Shown here: piece by piece, positions 1-13,018 of the stretch
Layout of the letters: each line of letters opens with the position of its first letter
Numbering within the stretch: position 1 is the first letter of the stretch
From: Octopus vulgaris
Lineage: Eukaryota
Length of the DNA stretch: 64,000 nucleotides
Direction of reading: 5' to 3'
Assembly (NCBI GenBank): GCA_951406725.2
Contig: OX597831.1
Span: forward strand, 9,858,001-9,922,000
Notes under the pieces: generated by a model
Told to the model about the DNA's origin: nothing
Databases searched by the model: none
The model's input: the letters and a program-made list of their open reading frames with translations, nothing else
Made by a program: the position numbers and the translations under genes

Positions 1-272
1 AATCAACTTAATTCCTTTTTCTGTCCTTGTGTGTCCCCTCTATGTTTAGCCCCTTGTGGGCAGTAAAGAAATAAGAAACGTTAGCATGCCGGGCAAAATG
101 CTTAATGGTATTTCATCTGTCTTTACGTTCTGAGTTCAAATTCTGCCGAGGTCGACTTTGCCTTTCATCCTTTCGCAGTCGATAAATTTTGTACTAGGAT
201 CGTACTAGTGCTGATCTAATAGACTGGCCCCCTCCCCCCAAATTTCGAGCCTTGTTCTTGGAGTAAAAAAGA
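1..272 (+). mobile_element. SINE family A, compound copy (tail of one copy followed by the body of another)
   Basis: B-box-like GAGTTCAAATTC, then core GCCGAGGTCGACTTTGCCTTTCATCCTTTCG..GTCGATAAA that recurs more than 15 times in the window. The core resembles the Meta-SINE domain from recall, not from an alignment. Confidence 0.85.
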
Positions 273-660
273 ATAAATCCACTTGCTGATGGCTCGTATA
301 AATTAAGACTATAACAATCTCCATATTCTAAAATTTTCATTTTAGCCTCCATCATATTCCATCATGTTATCGATGCAAATCGTTATGAAATATGAACGAA
401 CATTAAACTTATGTTTTGCCGTGTGGTGTGAAGTATCTCACTGCAGTAAAAATAATCCATTATAAATATAATTACAAAAAAACAATTTCTTTCTTTTTAA
501 TTGATATTGTTGTTTAATTTTAATCAAATATGCACTAAAAGATGTTTAAAATCTTTCGCACTTCAAACACACAACAAACCAAACATATTGTCTCGCCCAC
601 CCTTTTGTATAATTATGTGCCAGCAATCTTCAACCACTTAAAAAATGTAAATATAAATAA

Positions 661-1047
661 CTAGCAGTATCGCCCGGCGTTGCACAGGTTTGTAAGGGAA
701 ATAACAATAAAGCATTTTTAGAGAGTTATAGCCAAAAAATAGCAAAAAAATGGAAAAAAATTATGGTAAATTTTTTTTTGATAGTTAAAAAAGGTGGAGT
801 TGCGTCCCCTACACAATTTGTGGTTTGTGTTCCTGATTCTCGACCCCATGTCGAATTTATCGATTTTTTTCAGAACTGGGGGAACTTTTCAAAATTTTCG
901 CTGCGTTAGTTTTGAATTATGACATTGGGCTATGTGTGTGTGTCAAGTTTCATCAGAATCGGTTGAAAGCCGTGGTCAGGGTGAGGGTACGAGAAAACAG
1001 ACACACAGAAACACGCACGGACAAACTGCCGTTTATATAGAGAGAGA
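661..1047 (-). mobile_element. Non-autonomous Helitron
   Basis: Minus strand reads A|TCTCTCTCTATATAAAC ... GCAACGCCGGGCGATACTGCTAG|T: 5' TC, 3' CTAG, insertion between A and T, GC-rich subterminal segment. The 3' part matches the copies at 24386 and 42370. Confidence 0.85.
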
Positions 1048-1076
1048 TAACTTACTAAAATGTATAACTCTGACTC

Positions 1077-1078
<2 letters not shown>

Positions 1079-1122
<44 letters not shown>
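1079..1122. repeat. (TG)n microsatellite
   Basis: Directly visible. Confidence 0.98.
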
Positions 1123-1124
<2 letters not shown>

Positions 1125-1582
1125 TTACATATGATAAAACACAATTTGTTTTCTGTCGATCGGGCTAGAGGGAAAGGAGAACAAAAGAGAAGAAATCGAC
1201 GCATGGAGTGGGAGTGGGCAACAATCACAGAAGCTGAAGCAGATGAAGGTAGGCAGTCTCCGAAGATGCTCATATTTTAATCAAAATAAAACTGCAATTA
1301 TTTATCATAAATTGTATTTACGTTACCAGTTTCTCCCTCTATCTCTACCCCTCTCTCTCTCTCACACCCACACAAGCTGAAAAACATACACACACACATA
1401 CACACTCACAAATATATATAAAACTGAATATTAAAGGTATTTGTTTTCAAAATATTACCGTTAACAATGTTATGCGAGCGATAATTTATATATATATATA
1501 TATATATATATAGATAGATAGATAGATAGATAGAAAGATAGATAGATTAGTACGCACACACACACGCACAAACATATATATA

Positions 1583-1671
1583 TTAGGGACTTTGCAGCCT
1601 TTGAAACATATGTAGAGAATAATAAAAAGGAATTTTGTTAAATCTTCGTTCAGCTCCATTTCTTCCTACAC

Positions 1672-1675
<4 letters not shown>
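1583..1675 (+). mobile_element. 5'-truncated copy of HHR-bearing element family D
   Basis: GCCTTT-GAAA-CATATG-TA-GAGAAT...CGTTCAGCTCCATTTCTTC matches 41685-41755; flanked by TA-rich arrays. Confidence 0.65.
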
Positions 1676-1762
<87 letters not shown>

Positions 1763-1810
1763 GTATGCATATGCATATATACTCATATATATATATATAT
1801 GTATATATAC
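1675..1810. repeat. (TA)n microsatellite
   Basis: Directly visible. Confidence 0.97.
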
Positions 1811-2178
1811 GGAGAGAGGGACTGTTGGGAGTGGGATTCGTGTGTTCCTGTGTAGGTATATATACACACATATTATGTGAGTGATAGTTTCAACCCTGAC
1901 GTTTTAATAGTGTATGATTCTTCAAGTGCTTCAGTTCGTCGTTTGTACATATATTTAGGAGATTGATGACATTTATTGAATGTTCTCATTATTGTGTTTT
2001 CTATCATTAATAAAACTGTCGGCATTTTTGATGACGCAGGTATACTAGTATACATATATTTATACACACATACACGACAAAATGTATAGACACTCCACAA
2101 AACATCGTTTTGTGCTTATTTGAACTGGAAAAGATTTATATGTTTTATTAATTGACATATTTATGTTTCAGTTCAATC

Positions 2179-3168
2179 ATGCCACAGACGAAAGAAGCTT
2201 GGAGCTGTCTGAATTTCAAAGAGACCGTAACGCGAGTCAATATGAAGGTGGACTTAGTCAGAATAAAATCGCAGAAAACCTCGGGATCTCACTTTCTACA
2301 TTTAGTAGAGTGATTGTGCAATTCACCAGGCAGGGCAAGGATTCCACATTATCTCGATCAGGTCAACCAGGAGACTCTGACACGACCCTTCGCTTTGTAA
2401 AGTCAAGTGTGGAGGATAACCCCCCGTTGCAAGTTCTCTAACATGCAGGAACAAATTGTTATCTATCCCAGAACACCTGTCAGGTATCTCCACAAACTTG
2501 GCTACTATAGCAGAGCAGCAAAAAGGAAGCAACGTTTTTAACCAGCCAATATTAAGGTGAGAAAACATTGGGCCAGTGAAATAGTGGTGAGGCCACTAGC
2601 AGTTTGGGACACTTTCATATTCTCTGATCAATCCAAATTTGCCTTATTTTCTGACAGTCGTCGACTGTGGGTCTGGAGGCTCCGTGATCAAGAATTTGAC
2701 GAGAAAATATTACAGCCAACAATAAAATGTGATGCTCTGGAGTGCAGTTTGGAGCAATGGTTGGTCAGAGCTGGTGGAGTATGAGGGAAGTTCAGATAAA
2801 TATATGTCCATTCTGTAGAAAGGACTCCTTCCAATCTTCTCCAGTGAAGGAATGATTAAGGAAGACTCGCCATTTATGGAATAGTGGGCTCGTTGTCACA
2901 CGGCTGAAATGAGCTACGTTTGGTTGGAAGAGAATGGCATTGAAAAGCTTGCAAGGCCGAACCAGTCACCAGGTATCAAAGCTACTGGAGACCTCTACGC
3001 CGTAATGAAAACAACACGTCATAAGAAGAACAAGAAGACACACTGAAGGCCAGATATTTTGAGATTGGCAAGAAATTTCACGAGAGAATATTCGTCATCT
3101 GATTATAGGTATGCTTAATAGGATCCTGCCATTGAAAAATGTAAAGATCATGTCTTCCAAATATTAGT
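2179..3168 (+). pseudogene. Decayed Tc1-family transposase
   Basis: N-terminal HTH-like ELSEFQR..GLSQNKIAENLGISLSTFSRVI; first catalytic motif FIFSDQSKFALFSDSRRLWVWR (cf. WSDESKF); later WLEENGIEKL..P.QSP. Many frameshifts and stops. Confidence 0.85.
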
Positions 3169-3227
3169 TATTCACATTTTTTAAAGTTTCAGCTCAGAGC
3201 TGCGACCATGCTGATGCACCCCGCTTT

Positions 3228-3334
3228 GGATGAAAGGCAAAGTCGACCTCGGCGGAATTTGAACTCAGAACGTAACGGCAGACGAAATACAGCTACGCAT
3301 TTCGCCCAGCGTGCTAACGTTTCTGCCAGCTCGC
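3228..3334 (-). mobile_element. SINE A 5' fragment
   Basis: Reverse complement of the family A head and core. Confidence 0.85.
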
Positions 3335-3387
3335 AGAATGTTTAATTTCAGATTTAAATTAATGGTTGTCCATTATGTGTGTGTGTG

Positions 3388-3435
<48 letters not shown>

Positions 3436-3939
3436 TATATAAATTTTGGTGATATCGAACACAAACTCACCTGATTTCACCTTGTATTTCCAGGTAACTC
3501 ATTTTTGCCTTCCGCAAAGCATTACTGCTTTTTAAGAAATACAACAATATCTCCCATGCATTAAGTATTAATATCTCTCATACTTCAAGTACGCCGTGAT
3601 ATATTCTATACTTTCGACTTTATTTATCTCACTTTATTCTTTCGAATCCAATTTGTGTTTATAGTAGTTAGTATTTAAATCCGTGATCACAGAATATGTA
3701 ATGAAAAGTATTTTGGTAATTCTGAGTTAACTAATTACTTACTATTGAAATAACTTGTTGCACCATAAAGACATTCTTATAAAACCTCAAAAGAATATTC
3801 TTACAAAACCTCCTACTTTCTGCTCAGGCTTTTTTCGATTAAAGTTTTAAGTGTCTGAAATAAGTTGCTTTCAATAATGTTATTACGGAGATGAAACGTT
3901 TTTCATTACCTGCATCAATTTTATACTCGGCATTTTTGA

Positions 3940-5250
3940 CCTCATATCCTTATCGAATGTCTTCTTTTCGAGATGTTTACCAATTTCCAGACTGCACTCA
4001 AGTGTGGCACCTCTATTAGCAAACTAATAATTCTTTTATCAGTCTAGACATGCAAAATAGTCGCGGTAAATGCTATTCAGATCATACAAGTTTAAGATAT
4101 TAAAAGACAGTCAAATTGAAATGATTGTAGCACTGAGCTTTCTGATAAGATTTTCAATCTTTGAACATTATACGTAAGGAAACTTTGGAAGTAATTTCCT
4201 GTCAGTATTCAATGGTGAAAATCTAAGTCCATATTCGCATATTACTTCCTTTTTCTCGCCATAGCTACTTGGCCCATCCTGACTTGGTTAACTTAGCTTT
4301 TCGTTACGATTTTACGATATTTATATATTGCATATATTTTACCATATTCTTATATTAGATATATATGCTTACAAGTGGCATGTGTCTTTTTGGTTTTGGT
4401 TTTGTCTGATATGTTGTTATTCAGGGACGTATTTCCAGTTGTTGATGTATTAGAACGGATTGTTGCACTTAATATTGTTAGCATTCTATACTTGTGTGAT
4501 GTCTTTATTAAATCTTCTTAGGCAAAAATCCAGTCACATGATATAGTGCTGTCTCGAATCTTTTTAAATGATGAAATAGACTCTAGTAATATACTTTTGT
4601 AAGACCTGGACTGCGCCACATCCACTTCGCATCTTCGCCATAGTTAATTTGGTTGGATATCTCAGAGACTGGCATTCGTAGTTTAAGTCGTAAATATATT
4701 GTAATTTTGTCAAAACAGTTTTTTTTCAAGAAATACTCTTTGTCGTTTCTTCAACAACATTAGCTTAAATTACTGTCTCGGTTCCACTGGTTGATCATCG
4801 GGCCATTACACATGTAATGAACCATCGAAAGATATCCTCGGTCAATCTCTATGTAAACTCTTTCTATACTATTTTAATAAATTCTGGATAGTAATAGAAC
4901 TTTAGTATGTGAACAAATTTGAGGAATATAAAAAAAGAAATTAATCTGGAAATTTGTAAAAGCGAATTAGAAAATTTTGAACTCTTGTGCCATCTATTAT
5001 TGAATTCATAAATACTGTCTAATACCATTTATATGTGGAGTGTCGCCTCTTTGTTCTTTTTCATCAGACCATTACCGCTTCCTTTACACTTGTACCCAGC
5101 TTCTTCTCTTCTTCATCACCTTACTATTTTGTCTACACAGCATAACCAGAAATAGATATTTCCTTTATGTTGAAACTTTCTTCACTAACGTTATATTTAT
5201 CTTATTTCTCATTACTTAAAACATATTTTAATCTTTCAAATATTTATAAT
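3940..5250 (-). mobile_element. Possible highly decayed APE-type LINE (CR1/L2-like)
   Basis: Minus-strand fragments EISISGY (endonuclease-like, about 5160) and VP...VWK.VNI (RT N-terminal-like, about 3990) in the expected order; otherwise unrecognisable. Confidence 0.25.
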
Positions 5251-6717
5251 ACTAATTACCAAATGAAAACATCACTAGTTTCTTCGTGTTCCACTATTTC
5301 AGAAGTTGTTTTTTCCTTATCTAAGATCTCCTATGCTACTTGTTTCATTAGCAAAATGTCATATATGACTCTAAGTTCTGATACACTTCCAAATTATATC
5401 TTATCCGAGATAAATCTATCTTGTATTAATTTGTTAGGTTTCTCTCGTCTCCTTTCAAGTCTAGGTTCTTCAGTCGGAAGATTGGAAAATGTTTCTACGT
5501 TACCGAAGCCGCGGCTTACGGCAATTCGTCCTCGCCAGTTATTGGGTATAAAAGTTTCCTCGACTAATTACAAAAGCCTATTAATATCTATGCTTTAATC
5601 GTTGAGCCATAAAAGTTGAAAATAAGTATTAACTAAATTACTTTTCCTTAAAACATTAACATTTTCAAAACTTCATGACCTTACAACAAACTGTGAATTC
5701 TGTACTCCATTCATTTCTTTTCTTCTTGGGCTCAAACTTCTGTTTGTAATTAAATGATAAAAACGCAGAGAAGGAAAAAAAGAGATAGAAGAGCTTAGTT
5801 GTTGCATCGTATTTCACGTATGATGGCAGACACTCGAGAGAGCGCTACACTAATCATATATCTAGGTTATTGTTATACTGTGAAGTGTATTTATCAAATC
5901 AAAGGAAATCAAAACGATCTCGAGAATATGTTGATGTGATGGTTGTAGCTGTATTTAATGGCTAAATATGTAGTCAGTATAGAGTATTGAAATTTGATAT
6001 CTTCCTCTTTGCTCAAGCGGAATATAGTAGCTAATATATAAAAAGAAGTGTTTCGTTGTGTGTTTCTGAATGTTTTCTTTTGATTTGTACTTTCCGACTT
6101 CATATATTGATTTGAACAAGATATGAGTGAGATATTTCTGGAAAAAAACTGCATTTTGTTTCATTTTTTCTTTATTTTCGTAAACTGTACTTTTAATATT
6201 TGTCTCTTATCGAATAAAATTGATATACATAAAACAGGAAAAAAATATTTTATACATTATCAATAACAGACATTAAAACGTTTGCTTTGTATCTCAGAGA
6301 AATAATTTTGTTTGCGTTATTAGATGGATATCAGTTTTGCTTCTTATGTACGGCAACACACCCATGTTGATTTAAGATTTAAAGATATTTTTTATCTCTC
6401 CATATCTAGAGATTTTTATATAATTACATTTCACTGAGAAAAAAAAAGGAAGTTTAATCAATAATCTATGAGGCACACAGTCGATATGGAATATTTACCT
6501 TTAAGCATGATAGATTTATCACAGTAATTAACTACATCGACGGAAAATAGAAAGCTCATTGAACGTCTCTATAATGCAAATGCTTTAAATACAAGGTTGA
6601 CAAGAATGTCAGACACTAAAGCTCGATATATTTCCCGTCACACAATAACCCATATTGTAATGGGAAGACAAACTAATGGTTTATGAATAAATCAAGCGAT
6701 CTATCCATAATGATATC

Positions 6718-7018
6718 ACCGTGATCACCGCGACCGACCAGGCTATCAGATGTTGCTACACATCGCTGGTCACAATGCGCTTCGCATTGTTTTTCTAGCC
6801 TTCAAATGACGTCACCCCTCTGGCTAAGCGAGCAGGCTAACGGAAGAAAGAGTGAGAGAAAGTTGTGGCGAAAGAGTACAGCAGGGATCGCCACCCCCTG
6901 CCGTAGCCTCGTGGAGCTTTAAGTGTTTTCGCTCAATAAACACTCACAACGCCCGGTCTGGGAATCGAAACCGCGATCCTACGACCGCGTGTCTGCTGGC
7001 CTAACCACTGGGCCATTG
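6718..7018 (-). mobile_element. SINE family B with an alternative 3' tail
   Basis: tRNA-like head and core as at 11052-11435, but the 3' ~130 nt differ. Confidence 0.85.
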
Positions 7019-7649
7019 GGACTCGACCCATAATTATATAAATAAAGGTAAATTGTGATGTGTTATAGTTTGAAACATAAAGCAAGTTACACTAGCAGCC
7101 TGAAAGAAGATGAACTACTGCCCTTACATCGTTGATTGGGCGTGGCTGTTCAAAGTGAGGCTACTATTGAAAGATTTTCGATCTTGATCACAGGGACGGC
7201 GAAGTTTATCCCAGCAGAATTTCAATTTCCATAAAGAGAAAACAAAAACTAAATACACAAACCCATTACAAATCAGTATGATAATGTCAACTAGCCACCA
7301 TTCATCACGCAAATAGATTTCTTATATAAGCACAACACTGACAACTTATAGAAAAATATTGGTCGGTAGGAGTGAGCGAGATGGAGCGTTCGCCTTCGGT
7401 ATATGTCTACCATTGAGTCTATTGGCGTCGAAATACAAAGAATGAAAGTTAACACCAATAATATTTGAATATCGTTATTTAAAATGTCAAAAAAAGTATT
7501 TCAAGCACTTAGTTAAACGTTGTACTGGTTCTATCTCAACGTTTGCTTGCTGAAATTATTTGAAGTTCTACAAGTTTAACAGTACAATGTATGACCTTTT
7601 ATCGCCTGCACTTGCACACACAAGCATACTAGAAATATTCTTTTCTACA

Positions 7650-7773
7650 CTAGGCACGGGGCCTCAATATTTTTTTTTGCGCAACTGGTATTTCATTTAA
7701 AGACCCCGAAAGGATGAAAGGCAAATTTGACATCGGCAGTATTTGAACTCAGAACGTAAAGGCAGACGAAATA
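7650..7773 (-). mobile_element. SINE A fragment
   Basis: GACCCCGAAAGGATGAAAGGCAAA...TTTGAACTCAGAACG. Confidence 0.75.
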
Positions 7774-8268
7774 ATATACTAGAAATGTTACCATATATCA
7801 ATGTATTTTCTGTAAATATTCATTTTTCTATGGCAACAACTAAACGGTTATTGTAACAACATACGTATTATTATTCTACAAAACACATGATGTCAACGCA
7901 GCATCGAAATGAATAATTCCTTGAAATATGCAATGCATCTAGTCCAGTATAGAACGGCCTCATTTCAGAGAGGGAAGCGGTGTAAGTGTATTATCCTAAT
8001 GCAAATATTTTCCAGGAAAATATTTCATCAATCTTCAAGTGAAGACACAACATGATCAGAGTGAGTGGTCTGATTCCAAAACAAACTGCGAAGAACTATA
8101 ACGCTTTTTTGTAATACAGGAAATTTTTTTACATAGCATTCTAGCATTTCTCTCATTCATTCGAAGTCCCAGCCGATAATAATTATTTTAGTATCAATAC
8201 GAAAATAATATGAAGCAATAAACGAAAATCTACCAGTTGTAAGATAAAATATATACTGATTGAAAGAG

Positions 8269-8299
8269 ACACACACACACACACATATATGTACATACA

Positions 8300-8346
<47 letters not shown>

Positions 8347-8444
8347 ATATATATATATATGTATGTATGTATATATATGCGTGCATGTGTACGTATCAAT
8401 GTATGTATGTATGTATGTATATATATATATACGTATATATATGT

Positions 8445-8488
<44 letters not shown>

Positions 8489-8510
8489 GTTTATAGATAT
8501 AGATATATGT
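8269..8510. repeat. Compound (CA)/(TA)/(TATG) microsatellite
   Basis: Directly visible. Confidence 0.95.
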
Positions 8511-8715
8511 AAATTTTGTTTTTATTTCCACTCAATTGGAAATGGTTTTTACAGAAGAGATTTTCTATAATTTATCACATATTAAATGATGAAAATAATT
8601 GATTGCTCTATTTTTAGTCGACTGATCTAAGGTAGCTAATTTGAGACGAAATACTGAGCATACAGCGGATAACAGAGTAATTCTGTGTAAGGAACAAAAT
8701 CGAATCAATTGTTCG

Positions 8716-8739
8716 TTATTATTATCATTATTATTATTA

Positions 8740-8775
<36 letters not shown>

Positions 8776-8828
8776 GTAGTAGTAGTAGTAGAAGTAGTAG
8801 TAGTAATAGAAGAAGGAGGAGTAGTACT
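8716..8828. repeat. (TTA)n/(GTA)n microsatellite
   Basis: Directly visible. Confidence 0.95.
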
Positions 8829-9369
8829 AAGGCGTCGAGCTGGCAGAAACGTTATCACGCCGGGCGAAACTCGTAGCCGTTTTTTCGTCTGCTGTTTCGT
8901 TCTGAGTTCAAATTCCTCCGAGGTTGACTTTGCCTTTCATCCCTTCGAGATCGATAAATTGAATACCAGTTACGCACTGGGGTCGATGTAATCGTCTTAA
9001 TCCGTCTATCTATCTTTGTTTTTCTCCTCTGTGTTTAGCCCCTTGTGGATAGTAAAGAAATTGGTATTTCGACTGTCGTTACGTTCTGAGTTCAAATTCC
9101 GCCGAGGTCGACTTTGCCTTTCATCCTTTCGGGGTCGATTAAATAAGTACCAGTTACGCACTGGGGTCGATATAATCGACTTAATCCGTTTGTCTGTCCT
9201 TGTTTGTCCCCTCTGTGTTTAGCCCCTTGTGGGTAGTAAAGAAATAGGTATTTCGTCTGCCGCTACGTTTTCTTAGCCGCCAAAATAAGTACCAGCGGAA
9301 CACTGGTGTCGATGTATTTGACTATTCCCCTTCCACAAATTTCCAGGCATTGTGCCTATATAAGAAAGG

Positions 9370-9372
<3 letters not shown>
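8829..9372 (+). mobile_element. SINE A head-to-tail trimer
   Basis: Full copy 8829-9061, restarts at GGTATTTCG near 9063 and 9247, and ends in the second tail type CCCCTTCCACAAATTTCCAGGCATTGTGCCTATA..AGAAAGGA(TTA)n. Confidence 0.85.
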
Positions 9373-9408
<36 letters not shown>

Positions 9409-9815
9409 GCTTTGTACAGCTTCTAATGATGGAGATATGCTACAGTGTCAGCTGTTCGCTACCAGTCATAGGTATCTTTTTTTTCGAGCACCTTCCGGAG
9501 TATTCGAGCGATTCAATGCAGTGCTGTTTTCTACAAGTCCTCCACCCTTGCTGGAGCCCAAATTTGTTCCACATATTTCTCCAGATTTTTGCTCACTGTA
9601 ACCAGGGCTCCGATAATTATTGGTACTACTGCTACCTTTTTCATCCACAACCACTGCTTAACATCCCAAGCTAACCTATCATATCTCTCGACTTTTATTT
9701 CTTCCTTATCGCATACCATGTTATCAGCTGGACATGCTATGTCTCTCGCAACTTATTCTGTCATAGCTATCGTCGTTTCTTTCCACCATATCACATACCT
9801 TGTTTATTGTTACTG
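9409..9815 (-). mobile_element. 3' end of an RLE-type non-LTR retrotransposon (R4/Dong-like)
   Basis: Minus strand reads DIACPADN.VCDKEEIKVERYDRL...VVPIIIGALVTV...DL*KTALH*IARILRKVLEK, a restriction-like endonuclease C-terminus; (TAA)n on both sides. Confidence 0.85.
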
Positions 9816-9884
9816 TTTATTATTATTATTATTATTAGATTGTCAAGTATGGAATTTGAAGTAAGGTATATGGTAAACTTTGAC

Positions 9885-10105
9885 AGCTGCACATAATATT
9901 TTGCCAATCGTTATTTTTTCTTAGAAAGCTGATACATCTTTTACTTTATTCTAACTCATTTTGCGCTTTATAATGTAATTACAAATCTATTTTTTCTTTT
10001 TGCTATTGTAGTTTAGAGATGGATAAATCGGACATTCGTGCAGTTTTGAAATATGAATTCTTTCTTGGAGATACAGCAGCAGAGACAGACAGCAATAACA
10101 AATCA
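9885..10105 (+). mobile_element. Mariner transposon 5' fragment
   Basis: MDKSDIRAVLKYEFFLGDTAAET..N resembles the mariner transposase N-terminal HTH. Confidence 0.7.
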
Positions 10106-10469
10106 CCAAATATTTCAAGTAGTGCCATCTCCTGGGACTCAAATAGATTATACTCTCCTTGGAATGCAAGATGTACCCAAAAATGCTGTCAAGTCACAAG
10201 GACCTTAAACTATAACACTTTCGTTAAGATCTGCGCTGTGTCCAATAAGGCTGCTTTTTGCTTATAATTGAATTGGTCTGTGCGTTGAAGCTCAAATTGG
10301 GAGTAAAAATTATTTGCTTTATGGCTAAGGGGCGCCCGGTTAAGGCAGTCAATGATCATAGTTTCAGCAAATATCAGTAGAGATTCATTAACTAAAATAC
10401 CAGTGAAGCACCAGCCTTCCCCTCGTCCCGCATAAAATTTCTCGTGTTCTGTCAAAATTTGAAACAGCT

Positions 10470-10620
10470 AAAGCGGTGAGCTGATGCAATCGATAGCATT
10501 CCGGACAATCTGTTTGTCGGTATTTCCTCCCGCTTTACTTTCAGCGTTCAAATGCTGCCTAGGTCGACTTTACCATTTATCATTTTGCAATCGCTTGTAC
10601 TACGGTTGATGTAATCGGCT
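10470..10620 (+). mobile_element. Old, diverged SINE A copy
   Basis: GTTCAAATGCTGCCTAGGTCGACTTTACCATTTATCA. Confidence 0.7.
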
Positions 10621-10624
10621 CCTC

Positions 10625-10835
10625 CTATTTCTTTACTACCCACAGAGGGGACAAACAAGGACAGACAAATGGATCAAGTCAATTATATCGACCCAAGTGC
10701 ATAACTGGTACTTATTGAATCGACCCCGAAAGGATGAAAGGCAAAGTGAACCTCGTCGGAATTTGAACTCAGAACGTAGCGGCAGACGAAATACCGCTAA
10801 GAATTCCGCCCGGCGCGTTAACGTTTCTGCCAGCT
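10625..10835 (-). mobile_element. SINE A
   Basis: Near full-length reverse complement of family A. Confidence 0.88.
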
Positions 10836-11051
10836 ACTCCTCTCACCCCAAATTCCACACCTGTGCGTATAACAGAAAAAAATATCTGTATAACTGTTGC
10901 TGTATTTTGGTGGTGGTGGTGGGTGCAAGCAAAACACGCCACGTTGGAACACCAGAATTATTGAATTTTGTTGTTTTGGATAAAGGAATATTGGTTTCTG
11001 TTGTACCATTTTGTTATTAAGAGAACCAAGTTCTCACAGGCATTGACATGT

Positions 11052-11435
11052 GAAAGCACTCCGTCGGTTACGACAATGAGGGTTCCGGTTGATCCGATCA
11101 ACGGAACAGCCTGCTCGTGAAATTAACGTGTAAGTGGCTGAGCACTCTACAGACACGTGTACCCTTAACGCAGTTCTCGGGGATATTCAGCGTGACACAC
11201 AGAGTGACCAGGCCGGCCCTTTGAAATACAGGTACAACAGAAACAGGAAGTAAGAGTGAGAGAAAGTTGTGGTGAAAGAGTACAGCAGGGATCACCGCCA
11301 TCCCTGCCGGAGCCTCGTGGAGCTTTTAGGTGTTTTCGCTCAATAAACACTCACAACGCCCGGTCTGGGAATCGAAACCGCGATCCTACGACCGCGAGTC
11401 CGCTGCCCTAACCACTGGGCCATTGCGCCTCCACA
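11052..11435 (-). mobile_element. SINE family B, full length with TSD
   Basis: tRNA-like head GGCGCAATGGCCCAGTGGTTAGGGCAGCGGACTCGCGG..GGTTTCGATTCCC with A and B boxes; 11-bp TSD CATTGACATGT at 11041-11051 and 11436-11446. Confidence 0.92.
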
Positions 11436-11464
11436 CATTGACATGTATTATATAGCTGACTAAA

Positions 11465-11685
11465 TTGTGGCTAAGGTCCTGTTTAAAGATGTAGGATGAA
11501 TTCCGCCGTGGGGACGCAGTCACAACGTCTGTTCTGTGCCATTCTGCTGGCCATAGTTTCATTGATGCAGTGTGTTCAGAGTGCGTCGAACAGCAGTCAT
11601 GATGTCGTCATTTTGATATCCGGCGTTAATCATCATGACACAGATGACTCTTTCCAATATTCAGATGGTTCTCAGTCCTCCATAT
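11465..11685 (-). mobile_element. Tc1/mariner transposase N-terminal fragment
   Basis: Minus strand reads PSEYWKRVICVMMINAGYQNDDIMTAVRRTLNT ... YETMASRMAQNRRCDCVPTAEF, HTH-like and resembling DD37D-type transposase N-termini from recall. Confidence 0.55.
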
Positions 11686-13018
11686 AAGCAAACTGATTTC
11701 TCAGCCAGAAATTTAATATCTATGTTCCACAACGCATTTGACTGTTCACCAAAATATCAAGCAGCTCCTAGAAAAAGGAGACAAAAATCTTTAAATGTTG
11801 TCCGAACACCCTGCATATTTCCTTGAAAATTAAGTGAAAGAAAATAAAAACCCTGTCAGGGATCAGGATGTATACACTGAGAAGGCAATTTCCTAAAGAT
11901 GTTACCTGAATATTCGAACATATAAAACCATGCATAAATCTATTCTGCAGCATCTTCTAATAGGGAGAGGTAACAAACTATGATACTTTCCACCACATAT
12001 GCTGGGTCATTAGCACGTAGTTGCCTTAACCACATATAAGGGCTTACACGATCCTGCATAAAATGACAAGAACAGCTCGTATAAAAATTATTTCACACTT
12101 CAGCACAATATCTCAAACAATATATGAAGATAGAATGAATTAGATCGGCCTTTGAACCTGTACATATCTAGTAACTCTTTTATTGACTCCAGGTAAAGGT
12201 AGCTCACATTTGACATAACAATATTGGTCTTACCATGCTGAGCGTTGATGCATAATATTGTGTGACATATTTCATCGCGCATTCTTGAAGATCTATAAAT
12301 CAACATCCTGTAAGATTAGCGCATTTTCTCATAGCGAATGAATGATGAACATTAAAAACAACATAGCTAAGAACTTTTCAAAAATGACAAATGTGATTCT
12401 ATGTATGCGAGTTTGATATAAACATTGTGAAACTACGTTCGTTAAGCAGAAAGATCTTTGGAAAGTTGACGGCAAGTTTTCTCTACTCAACACACGCATA
12501 CACACACACACACACATATATACACATATACACACACACATACACACACGCACAAACACATACACTTGTCTTTTATTCATTTATCAAATCTGAAGATTCA
12601 CCATTACAGATGAGAACAGAGTGGAAGCCTTAAAAAAATGGAATTCTATTTGTAATATATCGATGATGTGACAGTTTCTATTTTGGCATATTCCTGATCA
12701 TATGAGTTTTGTTTTGAAAGAATTCTATAACATACGTAACGGACAAGATTCCACCTTTAGCAAATTACAAACGGATGGTAAGGACGTGATACCGTTTCCT
12801 TTCTCATTCTCCTATACGCTGGGACCATATTGTAGGCAAAAGTATTGGGTAATTGTTAACAACAGAACTAGATAGCAAAGACATCCATTCACAAGAAATG
12901 CAATTATATAATCTTTCATGTGATCTCAAAGCATTCTAACTCTCTTACTTTTGCGATTATAGCTGAAGAGACTTAACCATTTAACAAATATATGTATACT
13001 CACGACTGCCTTTGTATA

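Noticed and set aside
5167-5598. 143-aa ORF
   Set aside because: Ser/Leu-rich low-information sequence with no recognisable motif; probably chance or antisense to a decayed LINE.
11360-11435. SINE heads as tRNA genes (also 17371, 28775, 44818)
   Set aside because: A/B boxes are present, but I see no complete acceptor stem and each head continues into a repeat body.
11496-11687. ORF resembling a signal-peptide-bearing small protein
   Set aside because: It lies antisense to a transposase-like fragment, which is the simpler explanation.
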